61,117 nucleotides of DNA from an uncultured Methanosarcinales archaeon (GCA_964396095.1 CAYNCK010000088.1:1-61117); one strand, 5' to 3'. Positions 49,619-58,618 are shown, numbered from the stretch's first letter. Numbers and translations: made by a program. Notes: generated by a model not told the origin, from the sequence alone.

Positions 49619-50695
49619 CTACAAATACCCTTTCGCTTTCAGTAATTCTGCAGTTAGAATCGCTCCGCCTGCAGCGCCTCTTATTGTGTTGTGCGACAGT
49701 GCAATGAATTTCCATCCTAATACATTATCTTTTCTTAATCTTCCAACTGAAATGCCCATTCCCTTTTCAAAATTCCCGTCAAGCTTTGTCTGAGGCCTGT
49801 CTTCTTCATTAAAGTATTTCATGAACTGCTTTGGAGCGGAAGGCAATTTTAAACCTGCAATAGGATTTTTGTAATTATTGATTGCATTAATAAAATCTTT
49901 TTCACTTATATTTTTTGAAAGCTTAATTTCAACGCTTGCCATATGCCCGTCTGCAACAGGCACTCTTATGCATGTCGCTGAAATTGCTGGCTTTGTTGCA
50001 AGTTTTATTCCATTATTATCCACTCTTCCAAGTATTTTCATTGGCTCATTTTCTGATTTTTCCTCTTCATTGCTTATGAAAGGCACCACATTGCCAATGA
50101 TTTCAGGATAATTTTCAAAAGTTTTTCCTGCGCCTGAAATGGCCTGCAAAGTAGTTACAATAACATCCAGAGGCTTATATTTTTCAAGCGCTTTTATAAC
50201 GGGCACATAAGACTGAATTGAGCAGTTCGGCTTTACTGCTATGAATCCTTTTTTCCAGCCCCTGTTTTTCTTCTGCAAATCTATAAGGCGGATATGTTCA
50301 GGATTAATTTCAGGCATCATCATTGGGACATCTTTTGTCCACCTGTGCGCTGAATTGGTTGAGACAACAGGAATCCCTTTTGATGCATAAGCCTCCTCGA
50401 TTTTTATTATTTTTTCCTTATCCAAATCAAGTGCAGAGAATACAAAATCAGCTTCTTTGCATATTTCATTAATGTCTTCTTCCACTCTTTTTACAATGAG
50501 ATTTTTGGAAAAATCGGGAATTTTTGGTTCTATCTTCCATCTTCCTTTGACTGCACCCCCATATCTTTTGCCAGAAGAATTTGGCGATGCCGCTAAGCAT
50601 GTCACTTCAAACCACGGATGATTGTCAAGCAGTGAAACAAATCTCTGCCCCACCATTCCAGTTGCGCCCAGTATGCCTACTTTTATCTTCTTCAT
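49619..50695 (-). CDS. asd: Aspartate-semialdehyde dehydrogenase
   Basis: ILGATGMVGQRF, KPNCSIQ, QAISGAG, ATCIRVPV..GH, SHNTIRGAAGG. Confidence 0.96.
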   Translation of the reverse strand: MKKIKVGILGATGMVGQRFVSLLDNHPWFEVTCLAASPNSSGKRYGGAVKGRWKIEPKIPDFSKNLIVKRVEEDINEICKEADFVFSALDLDKEKIIKIEEAYASKGIPVVSTNSAHRWTKDVPMMMPEINPEHIRLIDLQKKNRGWKKGFIAVKPNCSIQSYVPVIKALEKYKPLDVIVTTLQAISGAGKTFENYPEIIGNVVPFISNEEEKSENEPMKILGRVDNNGIKLATKPAISATCIRVPVADGHMASVEIKLSKNISEKDFINAINNYKNPIAGLKLPSAPKQFMKYFNEEDRPQTKLDGNFEKGMGISVGRLRKDNVLGWKFIALSHNTIRGAAGGAILTAELLKAKGYL

Positions 50696-50700
50696 TTTGT

Positions 50701-52005
50701 TTACCCGAAAAACTCCTTATGAAGGCACCGAACAGCTTTTTCAGCGTCTTTTCCTTCAACAATGAATGTGATGTTTATTGCAGATGCCCCTTGTGAAATC
50801 ATTTCAACATTTATATTATTGCTTCCAAGCACAGTGAATACCTTTCCTGCAATCCCTTTAACAGCTTTCATCCCCTCTCCGACAGCGCATATTATTGCCT
50901 TGTTTTTTTCAATCTGAATTGCCCCTATATCTTCAAGTTCAGCTATAATTGTTTTGAGCCCGTCATCATTGTCCACTGTAAGTGAAACGCTGACCTCGGA
51001 TGTTGCAACCACATCAACGCTTTTTTTGTAGTCGTCGAATGTGTCAAATACCCTTGCCAGGAATCCATAGGCTCCAAGCATTCTTGTGGATTCTACATTT
51101 ATCAGTGTAATGTTTTTCTTGCAGGCAATTGCTTTTATTACACTTGTTCTTTTTTCAATAGCCTTGTAAATAGTTGTCCCCTCATTGCCGGGCTCAAACG
51201 AGTTCAACACTTTTACAGGTATTTTTTTCTCCATTGCAGGCAGTAATGTCTTTGGGTGCAGGACCTTCGCTCCAAAGTATGCAAGCTCTGACGCCTCTGC
51301 AAAAGACACCCTTTTCATTGTACTGGCATTTGGGACAATTTTTGGGTCAGTTGACATTATTCCGTTAACATCTGTCCAGATTTCAATCTCATCTGCATCA
51401 ATGGCAGCGCCGACAATTGCTGCAGTGTAATCAGAGCCTCCCCTTCCGAGAGTTGTAATATCTCCATTTTCTGACTTTGCAATGAATCCGGTTATTACAG
51501 GAACAATCTTTAGTTTTTTGATATTTTTTTTAAGATTATAATAAGCGGCGTCGAGCGGCTCTGCATTTCCGAATTCAGAGTCTGTAAAAAATCCAAGTTC
51601 CCACGAGTCAAAGCTCTTTGATTTTATCCCGATTTTATTGAGCTGCGCTGCAACAATCCTCGATGACAGTCTCTCTCCAAAAGACTGAAAATGATCCAGA
51701 ATTTTGCCGTCAGGATTATTATTTTTTGCATTGCTGAACAATGATTTTAATTCTTCAATATTTTCGTCCAAAAGCGTTTCTTCTAAATCGAGCTCTTCAA
51801 TTATTTGCTTGTGTGTTTTTATTATATGCTTCAAAATCTTTTCATCTTTTTCTTTTGCCAGCTTTATCAGCGCATCTGTCATTTTTGAGACTGCAGAAAC
51901 CACAACAACTGGCTTTTTCTTAATCCTTGACTTAATAATTTGAGCAGCGTTCTTTATCCTTTCGGCATTTCCTAAAGAAGTGCCGCCAAATTTCATTACT
52001 ATCAT
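50701..52005 (-). CDS. lysC: Aspartate kinase
   Basis: MKFGGTS, SFGERLSS, TTLGRGGSDYTA, WTDVNG, GAKVLHP, two ACT domains. Confidence 0.96.
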   Translation of the reverse strand: MIVMKFGGTSLGNAERIKNAAQIIKSRIKKKPVVVVSAVSKMTDALIKLAKEKDEKILKHIIKTHKQIIEELDLEETLLDENIEELKSLFSNAKNNNPDGKILDHFQSFGERLSSRIVAAQLNKIGIKSKSFDSWELGFFTDSEFGNAEPLDAAYYNLKKNIKKLKIVPVITGFIAKSENGDITTLGRGGSDYTAAIVGAAIDADEIEIWTDVNGIMSTDPKIVPNASTMKRVSFAEASELAYFGAKVLHPKTLLPAMEKKIPVKVLNSFEPGNEGTTIYKAIEKRTSVIKAIACKKNITLINVESTRMLGAYGFLARVFDTFDDYKKSVDVVATSEVSVSLTVDNDDGLKTIIAELEDIGAIQIEKNKAIICAVGEGMKAVKGIAGKVFTVLGSNNINVEMISQGASAINITFIVEGKDAEKAVRCLHKEFFG

Positions 52006-53177
52006 TTCAAATGCCCCCTTATCCTGTCTGCCGCTTTTTTTGTTTCTTCAATTGTTGGAACTAATGCAAACCTGACGTATTTTTCACCAGGGTTAAATCC
52101 TTTGGAGTTGTTTGAAATCCATGAGCCGGGGGTTACAACTATCGCAATATTCTTTTGCAATAATTTTTTTGCAAAGCTTACAGAATCGTATTTTTTTGGC
52201 ACTCTTTGCCAGATGTATATGGTCGCATCTGGAGTGCAGTCTTCCATTCCAACTGATGTAAATGCATCAACCAAAATGTCTCTCTTCTTTTTGTAGCCAC
52301 TCCTCATTTTTTCAACATGTTTTTCATCATTCAATGCGGAAATTGCGGCATCCTGTATGAATGTTGGAGTGCCTGAATCTATATTTGTCTTCAATTTCCT
52401 GAAAGCGGAGATTATATTACCATCGCCTGCAATCCATCCTATTCTGTAGCCGGTCATCGCGCTTCTTTTTGACAAAGACTGGAATGCAACAGTTCCTTCT
52501 TTTGAAAATTCAAGTATTGAATGGGGCTTTTCGCCGAAATAAATTTCAGTATAGCACTCATCGCTTGCAATAATTATGTTATTGTCATGCCCGAAGTCAA
52601 CAGCTTGCTTAAAAAATTTCCTTGCTGCAACAGCTCCAGTAGGATTATTTGGATAATTAATCCACAATATCTTTGATTTTTTCACGACATCTTTCGGGAT
52701 GCTTTCTAAATCCATCAAAAAATTATTTTCCTTCAAAAGAGGAACAAAATAAGGATTTCCTTCTGCAAACAAAGTGCCCCTTTCATAAGGCGGGTAGCCG
52801 GGATTTGGCATTATTGCATAATCACCTCGATTCAGGAATGCTTCTGGAAAATTAAATACAGCTTCCTTTGCGCCTATTGTTGAGGTTATTTCCTTCCCAA
52901 AATCAAGATTAACATTAAACCTTTTTTTGCACCATCTTGAAATTTCATTCCTGTATTCTTCTGTGCCGGCATTGCTCGGATACCCTGAGCTTTTTCTTGC
53001 ATCAACGGCTTTTTTTATCTCATTCCTTACAACTTCGGGGGTGGGCTCTTTTGGATCGCCAACTCCAAAATCAATCGGAGTTATCCCTAGATTTTTAAGT
53101 TTGGAAACTTCATCGTCCACTTCCGCAAAAGCATAGCCGCCAATGCTACCCAGCCTTTTTGATATTTGAATTTTCAT
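52002..53177 (-). CDS. PLP-dependent DAP-pathway aminotransferase (DapL/DapC type)
   Basis: FGVGDP, INYPNNPTG, SDECY, SLSKRSAMTGYRIG; inside dap operon; start taken as ATG 53177. Confidence 0.85.
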   Translation of the reverse strand: MKIQISKRLGSIGGYAFAEVDDEVSKLKNLGITPIDFGVGDPKEPTPEVVRNEIKKAVDARKSSGYPSNAGTEEYRNEISRWCKKRFNVNLDFGKEITSTIGAKEAVFNFPEAFLNRGDYAIMPNPGYPPYERGTLFAEGNPYFVPLLKENNFLMDLESIPKDVVKKSKILWINYPNNPTGAVAARKFFKQAVDFGHDNNIIIASDECYTEIYFGEKPHSILEFSKEGTVAFQSLSKRSAMTGYRIGWIAGDGNIISAFRKLKTNIDSGTPTFIQDAAISALNDEKHVEKMRSGYKKKRDILVDAFTSVGMEDCTPDATIYIWQRVPKKYDSVSFAKKLLQKNIAIVVTPGSWISNNSKGFNPGEKYVRFALVPTIEETKKAADRIRGHLK

Positions 53178-53181
53178 TTTC

Positions 53182-54444
53182 TTATTTGAATTGTTTTGCA
53201 CTTTTGAAATCAAGCGTTGCAAAATAATCGGCAACGGTTTCGGCTCTTCTGATTTGCAAAATGCTTCCATCTTTCCTCAGTAAAAGCTCCGAGCTTCTTA
53301 ACTTTCCGTTGTAGTTGAATCCCATTGCAAATCCATGTGCACCGGTATCATGAATTACCAATACATCTCCCGGCACAACTTCAGGAAGACTCCGGTTTAT
53401 GGCAAACTTGTCATTGTTCTCGCACAAAGAGCCCGTTACATCATAAACGTGGTTTTTTGGCACGTTTTCTTTTCCAAGCACGGTTATGTGATGGTAAGCT
53501 CCGTACATTGCCGGCCTCATTAAATTGGCCATGCAGGCATCAGTTCCTACATAATCCTTGTAAATACGTTTAATATGATTTACTCTTGTTACTAGATAGC
53601 CATAAGGGCCCGTGATTACTCTTCCGCATTCAGTAAAAATTTTTACAGGATGCAAATTATTTTTTTTAATTATACTTTCGTAATGTTTTTTTATGCCATT
53701 GGCAATAATTGAATATGACATAGGACTCTCTTCTGGTTTCTGGGCTATTCCAAGCCCGCCTCCAAGATTTATGAATTCAACTTTGATTCCTGTTTTCTTG
53801 TAAACTTCAACTGCCAGCTCAAACATCATCTTTGCTGTCTCAATAAAATAATCCGCGCGAAGCTCGTTGGATACTATCATAGTATGCATTCCGAATCTTT
53901 TTGCGCCTTTTCTTTTTACAATTTCATACGATTTTAGCATCTGCTCTCTAGTCAATCCGTACTTTGCCTCTTCAGGCTTCCCAATAATCACATTGCCTTT
54001 TCTTGAAGGCCCGGGATTATATCTAAAGCAGATTAAGTCAGGAATTCCTGCAACTTTTTCAAGGAATTCTATATGGCTTATATCATCTAAATTAATGATT
54101 GCTCCAATCTTTCTTGCCTTTTTGAAATCCCCAGCAGGAGTGTCATTCGAGCTGAACATTATTTCTTCCCCTTTGAATCCAACCTTTTCAGCCATCTCAA
54201 GCTCTGCGTAGGAGCTGCAATCGACTCCAAACCCTTCCTGTTTCAAGATTTTCAAAATAAATGGATTTGGGCAGGCTTTGACGGCATAAAACTGCCTGAA
54301 ACCATTTAGTAATCCAAATTCCTTCAGGAATTGCCGTGCATTCTCCCTCATAGCCTCCTCGTCGTAAATATGAAACGGAGTTGGGTACCTTTTTATTATT
54401 TCAAGCATTTTTCGCTTGTTGAATGGTAATGTTTTTTGCGCCAT
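53182..54444 (-). CDS. lysA: Diaminopimelate decarboxylase
   Basis: FYAVKACPNP, GMH, INLGGG, ECGR, GSLCENND, DTGAHG..MGFNYN. Confidence 0.95.
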   Translation of the reverse strand: MAQKTLPFNKRKMLEIIKRYPTPFHIYDEEAMRENARQFLKEFGLLNGFRQFYAVKACPNPFILKILKQEGFGVDCSSYAELEMAEKVGFKGEEIMFSSNDTPAGDFKKARKIGAIINLDDISHIEFLEKVAGIPDLICFRYNPGPSRKGNVIIGKPEEAKYGLTREQMLKSYEIVKRKGAKRFGMHTMIVSNELRADYFIETAKMMFELAVEVYKKTGIKVEFINLGGGLGIAQKPEESPMSYSIIANGIKKHYESIIKKNNLHPVKIFTECGRVITGPYGYLVTRVNHIKRIYKDYVGTDACMANLMRPAMYGAYHHITVLGKENVPKNHVYDVTGSLCENNDKFAINRSLPEVVPGDVLVIHDTGAHGFAMGFNYNGKLRSSELLLRKDGSILQIRRAETVADYFATLDFKSAKQFK

Positions 54445-54677
54445 TTTGTTTATTATTTTATTTTCTTGTTTTTTAGTTATTGTTCAACTGCAAATTGATT
54501 TTGTTTGTTATTAATTTGGTTGTATAAGCATTTCCATTTTTTTGTATTTGATTTTTTGCTTATAATTTTGTTAAAGTTTTCATAAGTTATTGTCTTTCTA
54601 ACTTTTTGCCTGGGCATTTGAGCAACTCAATAAATATTTTAAAAAAAATTAATTATAAAAATATTCAAATCAAGAGC

Positions 54678-55565
54678 TTAAATTATCTTTAAGTCCGCCA
54701 AAATTTTCCTTAATTTTTTCCTGTTATTTGTTGCCATCTCGCACATAGGCAGCCTGTAAGACTCTTTTATCATTCCTTTCATCGCGAGAGCAGCCTTTAT
54801 AGGGATTGGGTTTGTCTCAATAAACAATCCCTTAAACAAAGGCAGCAGCTTATTATGCAGCTCTTCAGCTTTTGAAAAATTTTTTGCCGAACAATAGCTT
54901 GTAAGCTGCTTTATTTGAGCCGGGATTATGTTTCCTGCCACTGAAATCACGCCTTTTCCGCCAAGCTTCATTAAAGGAAATGTCATATTATCATCTCCTG
55001 AAAAAACATCAAATGATTTGGGCAATTTATTCAAAACATCTTTCATTTGTACTATATCTCCTGAAGCTTCCTTTACTCCGACAATATTAGAATGTCGTTT
55101 TGCCAGCCTGACCAATGTTGAGGTTTCTACATTAACTCCCGTCCTGCCTTTGATGTTGTAAACAATAACCGGCAGGTCAGCTGATTCAGCAACCGCGCTA
55201 AAATGCCTGAATAAGCCTTCCTGTGTTGGCTTATTATAATAAGGATTGACATGCAGTGTCGCATCTGCTCCTAACTCGGCAGCCATCTTTGTCAATTCAA
55301 CTGCATGTTTTGTGGAATTACTTCCGGCTCCAGCTATGACTTTGGTTCTTCCGTTAGCAGCGTCAATGACTGTCTTTACAACAATTTCATGCTCGTCACG
55401 CTCTAAAGTGGGGCTTTCACCTGTAGTGCCGCATGGAACAATTCCATCAATTTTATTTTTAATTTGAAATTCTACAAGTTTCTTCAATGATGCTATGTCA
55501 AGTTCGCCGGCCTCATCAAATGGCGTGACTATCGCTGTTATTGCTCCTTGAAACATTTTATTCAC
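54678..55565 (-). CDS. dapA: 4-hydroxy-tetrahydrodipicolinate synthase
   Basis: AIVTPF, CGTTGES, PYYNKP, YNIKGRTG, GVKEASG, SGDD, TNPIPIK. Confidence 0.97.
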   Translation of the reverse strand: MNKMFQGAITAIVTPFDEAGELDIASLKKLVEFQIKNKIDGIVPCGTTGESPTLERDEHEIVVKTVIDAANGRTKVIAGAGSNSTKHAVELTKMAAELGADATLHVNPYYNKPTQEGLFRHFSAVAESADLPVIVYNIKGRTGVNVETSTLVRLAKRHSNIVGVKEASGDIVQMKDVLNKLPKSFDVFSGDDNMTFPLMKLGGKGVISVAGNIIPAQIKQLTSYCSAKNFSKAEELHNKLLPLFKGLFIETNPIPIKAALAMKGMIKESYRLPMCEMATNNRKKLRKILADLKII

Positions 55566-56307
55566 CCATTATACTTTTCATCATGTCGTTTATTTCATAA
55601 AAACCTTTTTTTCTGTTTATCCACTGCGCAGCCATTATTGCGCCTAACGCAAAACCTTCCCTGCTTCTTGCAGTGTGCTTCAGCTCAATTGTGTCTGCAG
55701 CGCTGTCAAAACCAACAGCATGCGTTCCAGGAAATGAGCCTGCCCTTACAGATGCGATGTGCAGTTCATTTGGCTTGATTTTTCCGTCAATTCTGTCAAA
55801 TACAAGCTTGTTTTTTCTCTTGATATTTTTCATTAATATTTCCCCTATCGTCTTTGCTGTACCGCTTGGGCTGTCTAATTTTTTGCTGTGGTGCAGCTCA
55901 TAGCCGTAAATATCATAGTCATCTATTTTGTTTATTATTCTTGATGCATCCTCTAAGATTCTGAAAAAAACATTCACGCCTATTGAAAAATTTGATGCGT
56001 AAATAAATCCGATTCCGCTTTTTTTGACAATAGTTTTAACTTCACCAAGATTATCATACCATGCTGTTGTTCCCACCACAATATTTTTTTTGAATATTGA
56101 AATTTTTCTTATATTTTCAATTACAGCATCAGGGGCGCTGAAATCAATGCATACATCCGCATTTTTCATTGATTCAACATTAATCTCCCTGTGAGTAGCT
56201 CCACTTTCATTTGGATCGATTATTGACTTTACGTTTATGCCCTTGTCTATTGCAATCCTTTCAATCTCGCGCCCCATCTTCCCGTAGCCTATTATTGCAA
56301 TGTTCAT
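55558..56307 (-). CDS. dapB: 4-hydroxy-tetrahydrodipicolinate reductase
   Basis: GYGKMG, IDFS, VGTT, SNFSIGV, ELHHSKKLDSPSGTA, FALGA. Confidence 0.96.
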   Translation of the reverse strand: MNIAIIGYGKMGREIERIAIDKGINVKSIIDPNESGATHREINVESMKNADVCIDFSAPDAVIENIRKISIFKKNIVVGTTAWYDNLGEVKTIVKKSGIGFIYASNFSIGVNVFFRILEDASRIINKIDDYDIYGYELHHSKKLDSPSGTAKTIGEILMKNIKRKNKLVFDRIDGKIKPNELHIASVRAGSFPGTHAVGFDSAADTIELKHTARSREGFALGAIMAAQWINRKKGFYEINDMMKSIMGE

Positions 56308-56382
56308 TTTTTTAGTGTTAATGCTGAATTGGAAAAAACAGCGGTTTATAAATCCACCCCTTAATTTATTTAATTAATAAGC

Positions 56383-56496
56383 TTATTTCTCGAGAAAATC
56401 CGACATTACATCAGTATAATCATTGGATGCCTCTATCCTTTCTCTAGACTCCTTCTTATTCAGTTCCCTGATTTCCATAATGTTGTCTTCTTTCAT
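56383..56496 (-). CDS. Small acidic ORF (37 aa) upstream of dapB, below ORF-track cutoff
   Basis: MKEDNIMEIRELNKKESRERIEASNDYTDVMSDFLEK. Confidence 0.35.
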   Translation of the reverse strand: MKEDNIMEIRELNKKESRERIEASNDYTDVMSDFLEK

Positions 56497-56539
56497 ATTT
56501 GTTTAGGATAGTAACATTTATATACTATATAAACATTGT

Positions 56540-56553
56540 GTTATTATAATAAC
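56540..56553. promoter_or_regulatory. Candidate operator upstream of ACT paralogue 2
   Basis: Palindrome GTTATTATAATAAC between TATA-like TATATAAA (56526-56533) and ATG 56562. Confidence 0.4.
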
Positions 56554-56561
56554 AAAATAGA

Positions 56562-57218
56562 ATGGTAACCATAAGCCATCTTGTAAAAAAAATAGTCAAA
56601 GGCCAGCCCTTTGTGGAGGAAGCATTAGGCAGCGGAATCATAAGCACAGCAAACCTAGCAGAGCAGATGCTGCCAAAAATAGAGCAGGAGCTTGGCAAGA
56701 AAGTCAAGCATGCGGCAATTGTCATGGCTTTGAGGAGATTTTCCGATGAGGTTTCAGGGCACAGAGTCAGGCCAAAAAAATTTGATTATTCCGGGGAAAT
56801 TTTGATGAAGACAAATATATGTGATTTCACGATTGTAAAATCCCAAAGCCTTCTTGCGAAATTGAAGACAATCTACAATCTGGTGAATTTTGAGAGGGGG
56901 GACACATTGAACGTAATTTTGGGCAACAATGAAGTCAGCATTATCATAAATGAAAAATATTCGCAAAAGCTTGTGCAATTCCTATTAGGAGAAAAAATAT
57001 CCAACAAAGAGCACGGGCTTGTTGCACTGACTATAATCTTTGCATCAGATGATTTCCTGCACACGCCCGGCATAATATTCAATGCAGTCAGGAAGCTAGC
57101 ATGGGACAATGTAAACATATACGAGATTGTCTCGACAATGACTGAATTAACCTTTATACTGAATAAAAAAGATTCAATGAAAGCTTATGAGGCATTGCAG
57201 GAGATGGTTGACAAATAA
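56562..57218 (+). CDS. Helical N-domain + ACT-domain protein, paralogue 2, divergent from the dap operon
   Basis: GIISTANLAEQM..AAIVMALRRF; ACT (HTPGIIFNAVRKLAWDNVNIYEIVST); similar to 39594-40238. Confidence 0.72.
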   Translation: MVTISHLVKKIVKGQPFVEEALGSGIISTANLAEQMLPKIEQELGKKVKHAAIVMALRRFSDEVSGHRVRPKKFDYSGEILMKTNICDFTIVKSQSLLAKLKTIYNLVNFERGDTLNVILGNNEVSIIINEKYSQKLVQFLLGEKISNKEHGLVALTIIFASDDFLHTPGIIFNAVRKLAWDNVNIYEIVSTMTELTFILNKKDSMKAYEALQEMVDK

Positions 57219-57234
57219 TATATCCATATTTTTA

Positions 57235-58362
57235 TTATTTTTTTGTATTATGATCTAACATTTCTCTTTTTGGAAGAAGCGACATTAAGTCTCTTCTTAC
57301 ATTTCTTGCAGTGATTTCAAGGCCTGCGCCGGGTGATTGAATAATATAGGGCGCATCGGCGGAATAAGTTTCAGAAGTAATTATAATTTTGTTCATAGTT
57401 CCTCTTAGTCTGCCAAGTTCGCTGTCCGACTGCACTTCCTTCAGGCTTACCTCGATTTTTGGCTTCTGGCTTCCAATGTCTATTGAAGCAACATACCTTA
57501 ATGTTTTTCCGCTTCTTTTTGCGGAAATCATCTTATTCGCAAATAATTTGTCCAGCTGCTTTGAAGCCTGCATAAAACTTTCTGCAGTTTCATTGTTAAA
57601 ATAGTCTAGAGGTATAAAAGGATTCACAACTGCATCTTTCATGCTCACATTAAAGCCAGCAGACCTTGCAAGCACAATAAGTTTTCTTGAAACATCCAAT
57701 CCATTCAAGTCATCTCTTGGATCCGGCTCAGTATATCCCTTTTGAAGCGCTTCCTGCAAAATTTCAGAAAACATTCTCCCATTTTCCAGCTCAGAAGTTA
57801 TATACCCTAGTGTCCCTGAAAAGCAACCTTCTATGTGGCGCAGATTGTCATTTAAATCCCCCAAATCCTGCAGAAAGGGTATTGCATCAGAGCCGGCCAT
57901 TACAGAGCATCTGTAGCCATATCTTCTTGGATTTTTGGTCAGGGTTTGAAATACATCATAAGGGGAGAAAGCTATCGGATTTTTGTTTGCAGTAACTATG
58001 CCATAAGGGGTGTCGTTGATGACTTTAAGATGCAACTGCATCATAGGCTCGTTGGCAGCAGTAACATCCACAAAGACAAGCGAGCTCGCTTCTTTTTCAG
58101 TTCCGATTTTGGCAATATCAATGAGTTTTTTCGGATTTGGGTAAAGTTCTGCGCCATTATAATCTCTTACAATAAAATTATGCATTTGGCTATTTTCCAA
58201 ACCATTTGCTGAATAAACAAAGTATTGGCTGGAGGCAAGCCCGACAATTCTTGTGGGGTTTGCATGAAGCTGGGAATTCATGTCCCTCTTTTCAACAATC
58301 TGCCTAACCAGAGAACGGCCCACTTTTCCAGTTGCCCCTATTATGAATATATCCTGAATCAT
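57235..58362 (-). CDS. hom: Homoserine dehydrogenase (ThrA/MetL-type domain, stand-alone)
   Basis: IIGATGKVG, FVDVTA, VTANK, IEGCFSGTLGYI, GYTEPDPRDDLNGLDV.RKL, PGAG; start taken as ATG 58362. Confidence 0.85.
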   Translation of the reverse strand: MIQDIFIIGATGKVGRSLVRQIVEKRDMNSQLHANPTRIVGLASSQYFVYSANGLENSQMHNFIVRDYNGAELYPNPKKLIDIAKIGTEKEASSLVFVDVTAANEPMMQLHLKVINDTPYGIVTANKNPIAFSPYDVFQTLTKNPRRYGYRCSVMAGSDAIPFLQDLGDLNDNLRHIEGCFSGTLGYITSELENGRMFSEILQEALQKGYTEPDPRDDLNGLDVSRKLIVLARSAGFNVSMKDAVVNPFIPLDYFNNETAESFMQASKQLDKLFANKMISAKRSGKTLRYVASIDIGSQKPKIEVSLKEVQSDSELGRLRGTMNKIIITSETYSADAPYIIQSPGAGLEITARNVRRDLMSLLPKREMLDHNTKK

Positions 58363-58370
58363 TGAAAGTG

Positions 58371-58534
58371 AATAAAATGTGCCCAATGTGATTTCCACCA
58401 ACTGTTCCGTCATGTCGGAAATCAGAGATTTCCGAGCACCATCGAAAATGCCAAGCATTTATCGAGGGTTGAGTGCGGAAACAAGTGCAATCTACCGATT
58501 GCACGGATAAATATAATGGGCCCAACGGGATTTC
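58371..58534 (-). repeat. Hairpin mini-element copy 2 (with 55-nt nested insert), flanked by a degenerate 25-bp repeat of the tRNA-Lys 3' end
   Basis: GAAATCCCGTTGGGCCCATTATATT (58534-58510) vs GAAATCACATTGGGCACATTTTATT (58395-58371), 21/25 identical; core matches copy 1. Confidence 0.8.
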
Positions 58535-58618
58535 AACCCGCGACCCCCTGATTTCTTCATAATTAAGAGTCAGGTGCTCTAATTGCCCCAAAAAGTGTGC
58601 AGGCTGAGCTATGGGCCC
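58517..58618 (-). tRNA. tRNA-Lys(CTT) with two introns: D-loop intron 58598-58583 (16 nt) and 37/38 intron 58563-58553 (11 nt)
   Basis: GGGCCCA/TGGGCCC+A acceptor, GCTC/GAGC D stem, CCTGA-CTCTTA..A-TCAGG anticodon arm, GCGGG-TTGAAAT-CCCGT T arm; TATA ~25-30 bp upstream. Confidence 0.85.

Noticed and set aside
54608-54616. GCCTGGGCA resembling the 3' end of a ZTP riboswitch
   Set aside because: Wrong strand for the flanking genes and no upstream P1/P2 elements
54445-54677. Lysine riboswitch upstream of lysA
   Set aside because: Too AT-rich; no conserved L-box stems or motifs
58304-58591. 95-aa minus ORF and the 32-aa N-terminal extension of hom (to 58458)
   Set aside because: They run through tRNA-Lys and the hairpin element; non-coding explanation is stronger
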